Assembly (NCBI GenBank): GCA_011109175.1 | Contig: RDEW01000004.1 | Coordinates: 2,018,783 to 2,082,782 of the forward strand | Direction: 5' to 3' | DNA: 64,000 bases | Source of the DNA: Dicyema japonicum | Taxonomy: Eukaryota; Animalia; Dicyemida | Shown here: one piece after another, positions 12,801 to 24,939 of the stretch | How the letters are laid out: every line of letters begins with the position of its first letter | Position numbering within the stretch: position 1 is the first letter of the stretch | Made by a program: the position numbers and the translations under genes | The notes under the pieces: model-generated | Databases searched by the model: none | Seen by the model: only the letters and a program-made list of their open reading frames with translations | What the model was told of the DNA's origin: nothing

Positions 12801-13160
12801 ACTGCCCTCGTTAAGAGGCGGGCGTTGCAAAGATTAGGAGCGCTGAGGGCTTTTCAGCTGAGTCGCGATGCCTGGGCCAAAGTGTTCAACTCCATGGTGC
12901 TGCCTATGCTCACTTATGGTGCGCAATCCTGGTATCGCAGTGAGGTACGCGAAAAGTGCCTCACCAACATTAGGATAGTCCGGCGGCGCGCAATACGGTA
13001 TTCTCTAGGAATTTCTTATAGAGCGCCGCTGTCGGAAGAGGATTCCTTGATCACTGTGCATAGATGAGGGTTCTACTGGATCACAGGATTAGTGAGCGGA
13101 GACGTTTTTCGACTTAACGTGTCCTCGCATCATCTGCAACAAGTACTGCATAATCTGTGA
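9870..13160 (+). mobile_element. Jockey/R1-type two-ORF LINE, decayed, near full length (gag, APE, RT)
   Basis: Gag knuckles at 10365-10545 (QCYRCQGFGH, CVNCGEEGHRTSHSKC); APE in ORF 10693..11379 (ISVNVMSL, LNETK, GDLNAK, GSDH); RT at 11990-12645 (KPGKPPEDPNSYHPISLL, GVPQGSVLSP, HADD); SYLGVIF in ORF 12711..13067. Confidence 0.85.
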
Positions 13161-13384
13161 CGTATACGACAGGCATGTCAAATTCAATGTCTCCAGGGGA
13201 CGCATAAGATAATTTGAGTATACAAGCGGGCCACACTAACGAATTGAAAACATCGTAATTTTATTGAAGTGTAATAATTTGCAAGTCTACTACAACGACT
13301 ATATTACGATAACATTCCACAACACTAAATATAACAATTGTAATCAAACTTTCAAGATTATCATTTTCACTCTTTGTTTTGTCA

Positions 13385-13930
13385 TGCTAATCACGTGATC
13401 CAGCACGCACTAGCAGGGACCTCATTTTGGCCCGATGCTCCTCCCTCGACCCCACACAAGAACGTATCGGTCAGGTGACTGGATCTTCGCAGTCACAACG
13501 GCGCGTTCCATGGTTTATTCGTATCAATGCTTCAAGATGCATTGGTCGCTGGAACTCTCCAGAAATCCAGTGTTCCGTGATTTTGGAGGCTTTTTTCGGC
13601 TAGCCTCGATTTCAAGACATTGATCAGAGATGACAAGTATTCATCAGTCAGCCTTGTTCTCTAGAAGATTTTGTTGATTTTATGAAGGAAAACATCTGTC
13701 AACACAGGTGAAACCGAACATTGCCATTTCGAGGTATTTTGCTCCTAGTTTAAAATCAGACTGAATTTTATAGTTCCATCGTAAGCGCGCCGTTGCTCCG
13801 TCAAACATGGGAAAGCACACAAGTTGTAGGACAGTATCTCTGTTCTGAATCTTTTGACCTACAATAATATCGGGTAGTGGTCTGAAGCAAGGTCATACAC
13901 ACTGGCCAGGACGTCTGGAGAGCGATGTTC
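13385..13930 (-). mobile_element. ingi/Vingi-like LINE 3' fragment (variant subfamily)
   Basis: Minus strand tgtgtgggtcgagggaggagcatcgg..ggatcacgtgattag matches the family C-terminus and stop; same subfamily as 35790-36030. Confidence 0.65.
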
Positions 13931-14129
13931 GGAGCAAATGGAGATATTGGGGGATGTGTTAGATTCGTCTTATCGTAAAGCTATACGTATTATGTGTTGG
14001 AGAGGGTCATTTAGGACTACGAAGCTTTCAATCTCGGACGAGAACTACTCCTCTGTTGATGCAGTTTACCATCAGAAGACCATAGAGGTTTCCTGTCATT
14101 AAAATGCCCGAACATGATTATGTTCTTAA

Positions 14130-14500
14130 GGGACGAGATCAAAGAGAGGTCAGGCTGGTATTCTTTAGAGGAAGAATATATAGGTTGATGATTATTTGCT
14201 CCACGTTGTTGATTGTTATCACCATCGAGATGACCTCCAAATTGGCATCAAAAAGAGATTCGATTGTGTAGTAAAGGGGATACTCACATAAATAGGTGTG
14301 ATCGTGAGAGGAAATGAATTCCATCAGCTCGTCTCTTTTTCGAGTGATCCCGTTAATGTTTAGTTGTAGAATAGTTAGCATTCCGATAAGGTCAGGTTGG
14401 TTTGACGTCTCCCGGAACAAGAGACTAGTTGAAGATTTAAACGCCCGCCCTGAGAACAGACAAAAGGATCCCGTTGAGGAGAAGATCCCAAAAATATTAC
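14130..14500 (-). mobile_element. ingi/I-group LINE 5' fragment (APE N-terminus)
   Basis: ORF 14139..14552 contains MLTILQLNINGITRKRDELMEFI and IINLYILP. Confidence 0.65.
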
Positions 14501-16946
14501 TTACGTACATGTTACCAAAATAAAAAAGTCTAAATAAAATAATACATAACAATTTAATTAAATATTATATAAAAAATTAATTTAATTGAAAAAAATAATA
14601 AAATACCGCACTGTGTTGGAAGTTTGTTCATTGGTAAATTTTTTGAGAATAACTATTTTTAGAAAGGAACTAGACAACAGCATGATATAACACAAAAGTG
14701 GGTGAGTTTCCATCCAGATACGAAATGATCCCAATACCTGATACAGATTTTTTGTCTCACATTGTGGCAACTGTCGATTTGAACTTAACTGAAAGGCCCC
14801 ATTAACGCCTGTAAAGGAGAAAACTAACTCGAACTACCAATTAATTGATATATTTTTGACGGTAATTTCTTTTATCCTGAAATTTTGCTGCCAGAGCGTT
14901 TAAATTCCTAATTAATGAGCAAAATCTTATTGTCTGATAGTAGCTCTCTTCATTGAGAGAAAATGAACTCTATCTGCGGTCTATTTTTGGTTGTATTTCT
15001 TTTTTGCTTATAAATATTACTTGGCTAAGATCAATCAGTTTTATTTAATATTTTTAGTAATTTTTTACAATTTATTGTGTAATACAATTTAATTGTGTAT
15101 TTTAAATTTTTAATATTTAACTGTGTGACTTTTTTGTATTGTATGAAGGTATACATTCTTATTTAAACAAAATATTAATTTGAGCGAAAATTTAATTTCA
15201 GTAGGCTCATTTATTTGATAATTAATTTTAATATGATAGTGTGAACATTTTACAGCAGTCACATAAGGCACATATATTGCTCATTCACTTAATTGTACTT
15301 AATGATGTTTTTTATTAATTTATTATTATTAACAAATATCAGAATGGTAGCGAATAGCGCAAATAACAAAACTATTATTTCTTGAACAAATTTGTTAATT
15401 TTATTTGTTAGATAATTGCACTGCAAAGTATGTGTCTTTTTCCATCGAAAGTGAAAATCGTATATTAAAATCTCTAATTTTAGAAAACTCAAACGATACT
15501 TATATTCCGGACGACTCACAAATCATGAAAAGCAAAACAGGCAGCTAAAAGTATGGTGTCTGGTAAACACAATATTCCTGAAATAAAATTGGTTTTTCAA
15601 TGAATTTTTACTTTCAGGCTAGTCATTGGAAGTGGATTCGTCACGGGAACTTATAAAAAGTATGATTTCACTGAAAAGATTCATCTTATAAAATTCTCCA
15701 AAAATCAAAACAATAGTGTGAGCATGCTTTAAATCTTGAAGATTGAACAACCTGGATTATCTTTTTTACTATTTAAGATGCCACTTATGATTTTGGAAAA
15801 GCAAATGAGGTTGAAAAACGTACGATTGTTACTGTTAGACTGATGAACCTGTAAAGTCTTTCGAATTTGAAGGAAGAACTCGAAGACTTAAAAACACCTA
15901 CTTTCAAAGACAAAATTCAAAATTATAACACATCATTTTAGAAGAAAAGACTTGAAAATTTGACAAATTCCATAATTTTGGTGAAAATACAAAGGAGTTT
16001 AACAAACCTTACATGTTTGATTAATTGTCGATGAAAACGGAGAAAGTTCACAACTCTGGTGAAAAAAACATACGAAATTGAGAAATGTATTGTTTTTAAA
16101 GAGAAGAGCAAGGAAATTCCGGAATCTTGAATATTATAATACCTGCAAATTCGATGACAAACAAAATAATTTCGAAAAAAAACTTATCAACGCAGAGCAG
16201 CCTTATTGGAACATGGTTGGATTGTATTAGTATTTTAGATTCTTCAATCCTTCCTACGAGCATAATTGAGCAGTCTGCTCAGAAACAACTATTTTGAGGC
16301 TAACGTGTAATTGTTATATCAGAATTTGTATTAAGAAGAGGGTTGACCGCTGCTCAGCTTATAAGTAAATCCAAAATAGAAGCTAACGAACTGAAAAGGT
16401 GTTTTTTAGTGTTAATTCATCAGTTTTCCAAAACAGTGAAAATATAACATACTGTAAATTGAAAGTGAAGTCAAAACAGAGAGATCTACATCTTTAACGA
16501 GTTAGGCAGAAAGATTGACTTTGTTCCTTCAAAGATTAGGTGTATTATTTTAAACTGAAAAATATTGAAAAACACCTTATTGGCGATGAAAGTAAATCGA
16601 AGTTGATTTTGTGATTACTTTATAATTAATTTGTCGATCGATTTGCCTTTTTTGAAAAATAAAAATATCTCGAAAAATCGGAAGCTTCGTAGTCTTGTAA
16701 TTTAATTTTAGCGCTTTTAATGAAAAAGTGCACTCGATAAGTGTCGAGAAATTGTATCTTACGTATAGATGTTAATCGATGTTGTTTTATGCTTTTCTCA
16801 TTTAATTGTGAGTTTTTTTTAGGAAAAACTCAACAAAAAATGCTCGTGAGTTTTTCTAGCTAGGTTTTAAATGAGAAAAGGAAAGCGGAATTGTCCGACC
16901 TGTGTTTTAATAAATATGTTAGTTCATTCTATAAAATAAGTGTAAA

Positions 16947-17110
16947 ATTGCTTCGCTTCCTAAAGAAACTTGGACGCTTAGCAACACTGAAAAGCCACGA
17001 CACACGTGAGACTCATTGGCTTCTCCAGTGATCTCTGTTGCAATCGTGAGAGATAACGCCACGTCGATAAGTCGTCGGGGTCCACTTTGGATAGATGGCT
17101 TTGCTAATTA
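16947..17110 (+). mobile_element. CRE-clade 3' fragment
   Basis: Near copy of 365-540 (cgcttcgcttcctaaagaaacttggacgc..aatcgtgag..cactttggat). Confidence 0.75.
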
Positions 17111-17539
17111 TTTATTGGGTTAATAAAGTTCATCTATTAAATTATGATTTGATGTTAATTATGTAATTTATTATTTTTTATATTTTTAAATACAAGCTTC
17201 CAATCTATTAAAATTAATTAATCACTTATTTCACTTGATAAGAAGTTTTTTCCTGAAAACTTAATTTATCATTACTTAACAGATTTAGTTTCTACTTTGC
17301 AATCTGTTTGTATATTCATTGATAAATTATACAATAATTTTATTTTTTTTTAAAATTGAAACATTTTATGATTTAGAAAGAGACTTGTAAAATTGCCGAT
17401 GATTTGGAAAAGGAAAATGAAGGTTAGTATTTTCATACATTCAGTTCAGCGACAGATTGCCAATATGAGAAAAAAATTTGGAAAAGATAGATTAGGATTA
17501 GAAAGTAATAAAATAAATTACCGTAAACAGCAGATGGAA

Positions 17540-18060
17540 ACGTTGATTCAATTATGATGGGGATCTCATTACAACTTGGATTAAAATCGGTGTTCCACAT
17601 CCCTGTGCCGATGCGGAGACCGGATCGACTGTTTTACCTACAACCTCTCTCATGCAGAAGATTGCAGTCAGATTTCCATACTCATGTTCTTGAACGAAGT
17701 CGTTAGGCAAGCTTTGACGCCGCCCGACATTCCACTATGGTCGAACCAGTCGGTCTTGTGATGGGAAACTATCAGATGGAATGAGAATCTTCTCTTTTGA
17801 AGCCGGGAAACCTCTTGTCTGGGACATCACCTGCACCGACACGTTTGCCCCTTGCAACCTACTAGTGCCTGTTATGTATCTGAGAAGACTAAGAGGTTGA
17901 AACGGGAAAAGTACGTGGTCCTACCCAAGGATTTTTTATTTGTTACTCGCAGTTGAGACGCCTGTTTTCTTGCGTTTGCGAAACTGGAATTCTTGAGTCG
18001 TCTAAGGAATCGGATTTTTATATGAGCACGAGATCCCCATGAGTCCTGTGGGTTATTCTG
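17540..18060 (+). mobile_element. CRE-clade REL fragment
   Basis: FEAGKPLVWDITCTDTFA (ttttgaagccgggaaacctcttgtctgggacatcacctgcaccgacacgtttgcc), with upstream VPHPC and VEPVGL. Confidence 0.8.
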
Positions 18061-19089
18061 TAATTTTTAATATTAAAGATAATTCCTTAGAATTCTGTTT
18101 TTGAGTCTTAATTGGCCTTTGTGTTTAGCTGGACAGTTAAATTCAAAGATAAAAATTCCGAAATTAATAATATTTAGTTTTTATATCAACTAGGTTTTGT
18201 AAATTAATATTTTAGATTATAAACCTATTGATTTGGATATTTTCACGACGAATATTTTAACACGGGCTTCTGAGCTCTACCGAAACTCTACAATAAATTG
18301 AAAGTTGTTTCTCAATTTCTTTTAGTATTTTATATTGAATCAATGTACGGAGATTTTGAATTTTAATTTTTAATAGTTTTCTAGTTTCTTTGATATTCTT
18401 AATGACTGTTAGACGCGTTATATAAATACGATAGGGATGTTATGTTGTCTTGTTAATATGGTCAAATATCCTACGGAGTTTCATTAACCACCTTTAAAGG
18501 TTAGACATACTGTCACCTATAAATACTTTTTTTATTTTTTCAATTTTGTTTTCGTATAATTATTGAACACCACGTGCCTACATGAACTAAGAATGGTACT
18601 AAGTGATTAAATGACTAAACGTAGGAATTAACTTTAATTACTTAGCTATAACTGGAAAAAGAGTGATAAAAACCAGGATATGACTAATTATGAAATATAT
18701 TGAACGGAAAAGCAGAAAAATTATCATTATAAACATGCATAAAATCATATTAAGTATAATTCCATATCTGTATCTTTTGATAGGTAATTTTCTAAGTTTG
18801 ATTTTTTAAGAAAAAATGGAAAAATTAGCATCCCTAAGAAGACCGGTCCTTCAAAGTCTGAGGTAATATTTCAATATATTTTAGTTCCCTGCTGATTTAA
18901 GAGTAACTTTAACACCAATCAAGTTAAAGAATTTTGTCCTTCTTAAAAGGAAGGATAAATCAGTTTGCTCCATTTTTTATTATTGGTTGTGGATATTCAC
19001 ACTGAATCTCATGAGTGAAAGAAGTCGAATATCATCAAAGATAATTCAATATATGAAATTGAAAATAATGTTTTATTTCTATATATTTC

Positions 19090-19395
19090 AGGTCCTGGCT
19101 AATAGTTTATCAGGCACCCTTTATTCTCCCATCAAAACAAGAAAATCGAGGACGTTCAAAGAAGACTTTCAGAATGACGTAGCGGTGGTCTTGTGGGAGA
19201 CACATAACCGGACCGACTACTCTGGAGGCCCTCATTAAACAAAACTCCGGCATGCTGGAAGATGGCCCTGCAATACATTCAGCCGCCCAATACGAGTTTG
19301 TGTGGGTACGAGGGAGAAGCACCGGAAAAGAATGAGGATTTTGGCGGAACGCATCGGGATCACGTGATAGTTAGTTTTGGTTTTACTGTAGTCTT
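19090..19395 (+). mobile_element. ingi/Vingi-like LINE, 5'-truncated 3' end
   Basis: Highly similar to 47880-48170, including gggatcacgtgatagttagttttggtttta..gtcttgggtgttaaataaataaa. Confidence 0.85.
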
Positions 19396-19717
19396 GGGTG
19401 TTAAATAAATAAATCAATCAAAACAAGAAGCGGTAGAAATAAGAAAAATAAAAACATGACAAGGATGAACCGTTTTTTTAGGTTTTATTATAGGAGGCGG
19501 AAATAACTCCAAAAGGACTTAAATCGGAGTCCTTCGTCATAAATAAATCTTAGATCCTGTGGATGATATTTCTGAAATAATGAGGACTTCCGACGGAAAT
19601 GAGATATTCTATATATTTCATTCAGACAAACGTGATGATAGACTTTCAAAAAAGAAACAAAAAATTCAATAATTGAAGCTTGCAATGTAAATCTGACAAT
19701 TTAATTTCTTTGCTTTG

Positions 19718-19824
19718 GAAACACTTGGAGAAAATTCAATAATGTGCCATGGGTTCACAATGGAATAAATTAATAATACGAAACACTTGGAAAAAATTTA
19801 ATAATGCGTTATGTGGTTCACAAT
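19718..19824. repeat. Imperfect direct repeat, two copies, 62-bp period
   Basis: gaaacacttgga..aaaatt.aataatg....atg.ggttcacaat starts at 19718 and again at 19780. Confidence 0.7.
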
Positions 19825-20769
19825 TTTTGTATGCGCTCAGTGCATGTTTGCATCAAAACGACCATTCGCTCACTCCCATCCGAAGAAGGACTTTTCTGAT
19901 ACTAAATGTCAAAAGAAAATAAGTAAAACAAATCAATCCCGTAGATGATATTATTCCTGAAAATAATCTTGACACATGTGGACAACATAACAATTTGGAA
20001 TATATATAGTCTGCAAAAAATATAGCCAGGAGAATATAAATAGGGACAAATCAAATAGTGAAAAATAATCCATATTTATTGGTTACCAAAATATAAAATA
20101 TATTAGACATTTTGATAACATCCTTCTACACTATTTGATGAATCCAATACGATTATCTTGAAGAGAATGTATGACTTTACAACAGAATATACAAGGAATA
20201 TATACACCAACAACCAACAAAAAGAGAGTGGCAACTGCTTGCCAATCAATATACTATTGTATTTAAAGGTTCGCCATATTGTAAAACATTTTTTTAAATA
20301 AATAAGTATTAATAATAATATAAATTAGTTAAAATTTAACATAAATAAATTTTAATAAATAAATCTAACTATAATTTTTGTTAATTGAGTGTTGCAATGG
20401 CGGTTGAGCATTTGAAGGATGCAACCTCACACTTGTTATTAAGACTAAGCTAACTAAACTAATAAGTTTATGAATTAATTCTGTACCTTTGATCTGATTC
20501 AATATATTGTTGAAGTTAACAATATTTAGATATTAGTAGATGTTACCAAAGAAAATCGAAACTAACAATCAATACAAACTAAAATAAATCAATTTTGGAG
20601 ACCAATAAACTTGGGTCTCATTAAGTGACACTACGATACAAGATGTTGACTGCAATAGCTCTATAATGACTGAAATTAACCATTTTGGATTGAGTGTTCT
20701 TTTCTTTATTACCAACTTAGAAAAAATTATTATTCTAAGAATTAAAGGTGACACTAAAATCGCCTCGAA

Positions 20770-21030
20770 ATAACTTTACACCGACACCTTTTCCCAGTCG
20801 AAACTTGCTGGTTCCGCGTTGGAAGCTAGGGAGGTTGCTGGAGTTTAAGAATTTCAATATAAAAAATACGACAGCCTTTCTTTCAGATTCCATGTACAGT
20901 CCATTGCGTATAGATACGAGTGGAGCACTTATGCCTAAGAGAGTCTTCTTTCTAGATCGCTTGAGTCAACGATATCGAAAGTTAGCAATGAACGTTGGTT
21001 TTGGTGAACATTCAATAAATCATAATATTT
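20770..21030 (+). mobile_element. CRE-clade 3' fragment
   Basis: DTFSQSKLAGSA and RIDTSGALMPKRVFFLDRLSQR (ORF 20748..21041 and adjacent frame). Confidence 0.6.
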
Positions 21031-21254
21031 TAAATTATTAATTTGATATGCGAAATCGATTAATAATACTTTTAACCTTTTTAGGGTTGGCAAAGTCATC
21101 ATTATTTTTTTCCCACAATCAGAATCTTAGCTGACGGACAGTAATGTTTGATTTCGCATGCCATTATGGTTACGTTTGTAGTAAGGTCAGTTAGGGCCGT
21201 TGTATTAACTTTTTATTTTATTTTGTATTAATAATAAAGATAATTAAGATCACT

Positions 21255-21365
21255 GACTCTTTTAAACAGAATCAGATATCTCATTGCGGAGAGGAAAAAT
21301 GATAGAAGAGAAAGAAGATGGCTAATTGAGTGCAGTTCCTTGCAAATCGTCAGGGGGAATTTAAT
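21255..21365 (+). mobile_element. Short CRE-clade extreme 3' remnant
   Basis: Translates to DRRERRWL..QIVRGN, matching the CRE C-terminal pattern. Confidence 0.45.
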
Positions 21366-21714
21366 TTTTATTTGTTAAAACACCATATTAGATAATAATT
21401 TACATTGTAGGGTAAGAAATTTCTATTTTTATTCAATTTCATTTAAAATAGATTGTATATGGATTGGGAGTTCCCTTCGCGCTCTCGATCCTAATTTTCT
21501 CGAAGAGACATCATGCTGTTCTAGTCCATCATTTTCGTGATCCAACAAGTCCGATCATCTCAACAAATTCCATGATATCGACTAAGCCTTCACATCTCGC
21601 GTGGAGTCACAGTCATCTTAATTCTAAAGTGTACTGAATAATCAAAATACCAGAGCAAGAATGATAGTCCAACCAACATTATGTTCAAATGATGATAGAC
21701 ATAGAATATTTTAT

Positions 21715-21960
21715 TTTTTATTTATTTAACCCAAGACAACGCTAAAACAAAACTAATTATCACGTGATCCCGATGCAGTCTAACAAAGACCTCATCTTTG
21801 CCCGGTGGTACAGGACGACTGCCTGAATTTTCAGGGCCAACTTCCAGTGATCTGTAGTCTAGTCACATAATGTCCGGGTCGATGATCTTCACAAATCCAA
21901 CGCTCCGTTACTCGTTTCTCTTTTGCATTTCCTCAATTTATGAAATCCTGACTGAGTAAG
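21715..21960 (-). mobile_element. ingi/Vingi-like LINE 3' fragment (same subfamily as 54870-56780)
   Basis: aacccaagac..aaaacaaaac..atcacgtgatcccgatgca..aacaaagacctcatctttgccc..gggtcgatgatcttcacaaatccaacg is shared with 54890-55150. Confidence 0.8.
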
Positions 21961-22947
21961 CTTGCAAAAAATATTTTTTATAAATAATAATCAAAATTAT
22001 AAATATTCAAAATTATAATTACATTACTTTGTTGGTTGACGTTACAAACCTATAATGCACTTTATTATAAAGTCCTTTCTTGCAAGGAAGGCCTTTCAGG
22101 TGTCATCGAATGACTGTGTCTTCCCTATGTGAATTTATCATGATCAGATTTTCTGTTCAGTGTAGTGGATCCTGGTTGGAATCCAATACTTAAAGTCCCT
22201 AAACACTTGTACAAATAAGATTACAAGCTTTCTCTCATTGAGTTGTGGTACTATGCTCATAGTAAACCTGAACCCAAACACACCAGCTTTGGATGTAGGA
22301 AAACCAACTAGGATGGATGTCTTCTGAACGCTCTTTCAAATGATATTGGATTTTAAGTCTTTACATCTAATGAATCCAACCATAACGGTGGTGACGAACT
22401 TAGACTTTTGACATTCCTAGAACGTCGGTAACTCAGATCGACATTGCAAGCGACCACATATCATATAGAATAAATTTCAATCTAGAGACTTTAAGACTAT
22501 TAACGTTTTTTTCGGTTTTGATATTGAACATGTAGATTGGTATCACTATTGTTTTTTTACGTTTGATTTGACAGTTCTAGAACTTAAAACACCATCGACA
22601 ACTTGATTAAAGGAATCATTATTCTTGTAAGGTCCTATATTCGCAACTCAAAAAAATAAGGAACAGACTCCAAGACAAAATGAGGCACTGTGTTGATTAC
22701 ATATATTGTAGAAGCTTTTCAAAACAAATTCAGAAGAAACACAGTCTATTCCAAGAATCTTACGAAAATGAAAAATGATGAACTGGGCAGTAGGAATTTA
22801 ACCTTATAAAATTTAATGAAAATTATTAACAAAAGAAACAAATCAATTAGATATAAAGCCACGAATAACTTTTTTTTGAAACCGATGGTATTTTTCGAAA
22901 TTAATTTGCACGTTTGGAAATACTAGGTTGTGATAAAATGTTACTTT

Positions 22948-23254
22948 GCTGCGTGGTTAATTGGTTTAATTTTTCTGCTTGCTTGTCTGTTCCTCCTCTC
23001 TCCCCTATTAGAGTGGCGTCATGTAATCCACCTGTCTAGGTGACGCCCAGTTCCAGGCCGGCATGAAAAAGGATCATTTGCTCTCCCCACTCCACTGGAG
23101 GGGTCTCCACAACTGCATGTCATGGACACATCTTACCCTTTATGCTAATTCCGGATGGACTCTGTTTCTGTAGAAGTGGAAACTGGATACACTTAATTAG
23201 TTGTTTTCTTTAACTTCTTTCTCGGTGTATCCGGGGTTAATAAATAAATAAAAA
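22948..23254 (+). mobile_element. Non-coding short retroposon (RIME/SIDER-like), copy A
   Basis: Aligns along its length with 34478-34797 (-), 44965-45290 (+) and 44190-44526 (-); ends ggggttaataaataaataaaa. Confidence 0.8.
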
Positions 23255-23479
23255 CATTTTGGAAAAGAATAATATTTTGAAAATGTTTCTATTATAGATG
23301 TAAGTATTCATTTGCGATAATTGAAATAGCCACACACAAAAACTCTAAGTGCCGCGGTTGCCGACCCTTGCTCTAGGAAGTGCATGAAACGTCAAAGAAG
23401 AGACAAGTAGTCCAATGGAACGCAATCAGCGGACTTTTTCAGAAAAAATGAAACACGTGTAAATAAAACGTCAAAATCT

Positions 23480-23640
23480 TCTCTGTTAAAACGTCTGATT
23501 CCTTTACGCATGAGACGCTAAAATTCCTGACTTCGCCTAGGAAATCGGATTTCTGCACGAACAAAAAATCCCCGTGAGAGCTGCTGGCTATTTGAACGAA
23601 TCTCGCTCCATCGTAAAGAAATAGCTAAGCAGTAAGGCAA
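23480..23640 (+). mobile_element. CRE-clade 3' fragment
   Basis: ETLKFL..GNRISARTKNPRESCWLFERISL. Confidence 0.55.
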
Positions 23641-24939
23641 CCTCTGTATCACTATTTTTTGTTTTATTTTGATATAACAATAAATTATCTATGTAAATCT
23701 TTCAATAATTCTTCAAATTTACTAGAATTACTAGCAGCTTAACTAAGATTGTTGACAGCCTACTAGTTTTCACGGACATGAACCTCTTGAAAACCAAGTG
23801 GGATCCGCTCACCAGGGAACTCGCTCTCTCAGTTTTCCTGCCTCAGTCAACGCTTCTACGGATCTTATGCGTAAGATCCTACCCCACATAAACAAATCAC
23901 AAGAAGAACCAGTAGCATGCGTGGGTCGGGTAATTGAGTCCAAAACTTTGGTTTATGGTAAAAACCAGAACTTCAACGGAATCTCTTTGCATGCCTTGCT
24001 TCTGCATCGACGATGAAAGCAGTGCTTTTAGCCTAGATTTTCCCCTCCTTTGGGTCGCTATTGGACGATGACTCCAAGAGAATAGGAGTCTGGGTCCGCC
24101 TCAAATAGAATACAGCCCTGTGGTCAAGAAAAAGTAATGTAAACCTCAGCTTAGGCAGAACGCACAATTTATTCAAGAAGTAAGATCAGTCATGATAATT
24201 TATCCAAGGCATTGAGAATGTTCTTGACTTCTTGTTTTTTTGCTTTTGTGTGAGTCCTATAAGACAATCCGGTTCCACGTATATGAATCACTGATGACAG
24301 TGTCACTCATCACCAGAAGCATCATGAATGATTGAAAACCGAGAAATCACATATTTTAATTATTTATATAATATTTGTTTGATTTAATTTAATTTAAATT
24401 TATTTTATATTGGTTTATTTATTTAATAGATTTATTCAATATCACGTTTTGTCAAATCGCTGTATGATTTTTTTTGTTTGCCAATGATGGCTTTGGGATT
24501 TGTTACTCACATACACCCGTGCCAGTTAGCAACATTAAAGGCGAGAATCGCTGCTTTATATATTCCATCATCTTTTTAGCTACTAAAAAGATAAACCATG
24601 TAAAATACATTTAACTATTTAAGAACCATGCTATCTTTGTTTAGTATTATACGTTTGGATAATCGCATATTTTTTAGAGTATGGTTATCCAACTAAGCGT
24701 CCTTTGTTTGTGTTCAAATTAAAATATAATCGACAATTTTTTTATATAACTGCCTTTTCTACATATGAGAATTAACTTCCATGTTGTCCTCAATGTCTGC
24801 GGTTCACGTTATTCATTTTATAGCGCGCCTCTTTTTTATGTGTTCGACGATCTGCTTGGGACGCATCCATGGGAATGTATTTTAGGTTTTCTACAAGTAT
24901 GAATTTGTTTAAATATTTAATTGCGGATTTTTTTTACTC

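Noticed and set aside
14440-14490. Minus-strand gggatcttctcctcaacgggatcc, similar to an HDV/L1Tc L3 loop, upstream of an APE frame
   Set aside because: No room for P2 between the candidate P1 and P3, and no matching 3' strands; single copy.
14582-14770. ETKNLYQVLG as a DnaJ start
   Set aside because: No HPD motif; the DNA resembles the post-RT THP region of the ingi-like family (55236-55260).
22948-23254. Short retroposon as a tRNA-, 5S- or 7SL-derived SINE, or as a spliceosomal snRNA
   Set aside because: No GTTCRA B box and no recognisable U1/U2/U4/U5/U6 or 5S hallmark; its termini match the ingi-like LINE instead.
24480-24570. DGFGICY, similar to the carnitine/choline acyltransferase C-terminus
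   Set aside because: Seven-residue match with no supporting flanks.
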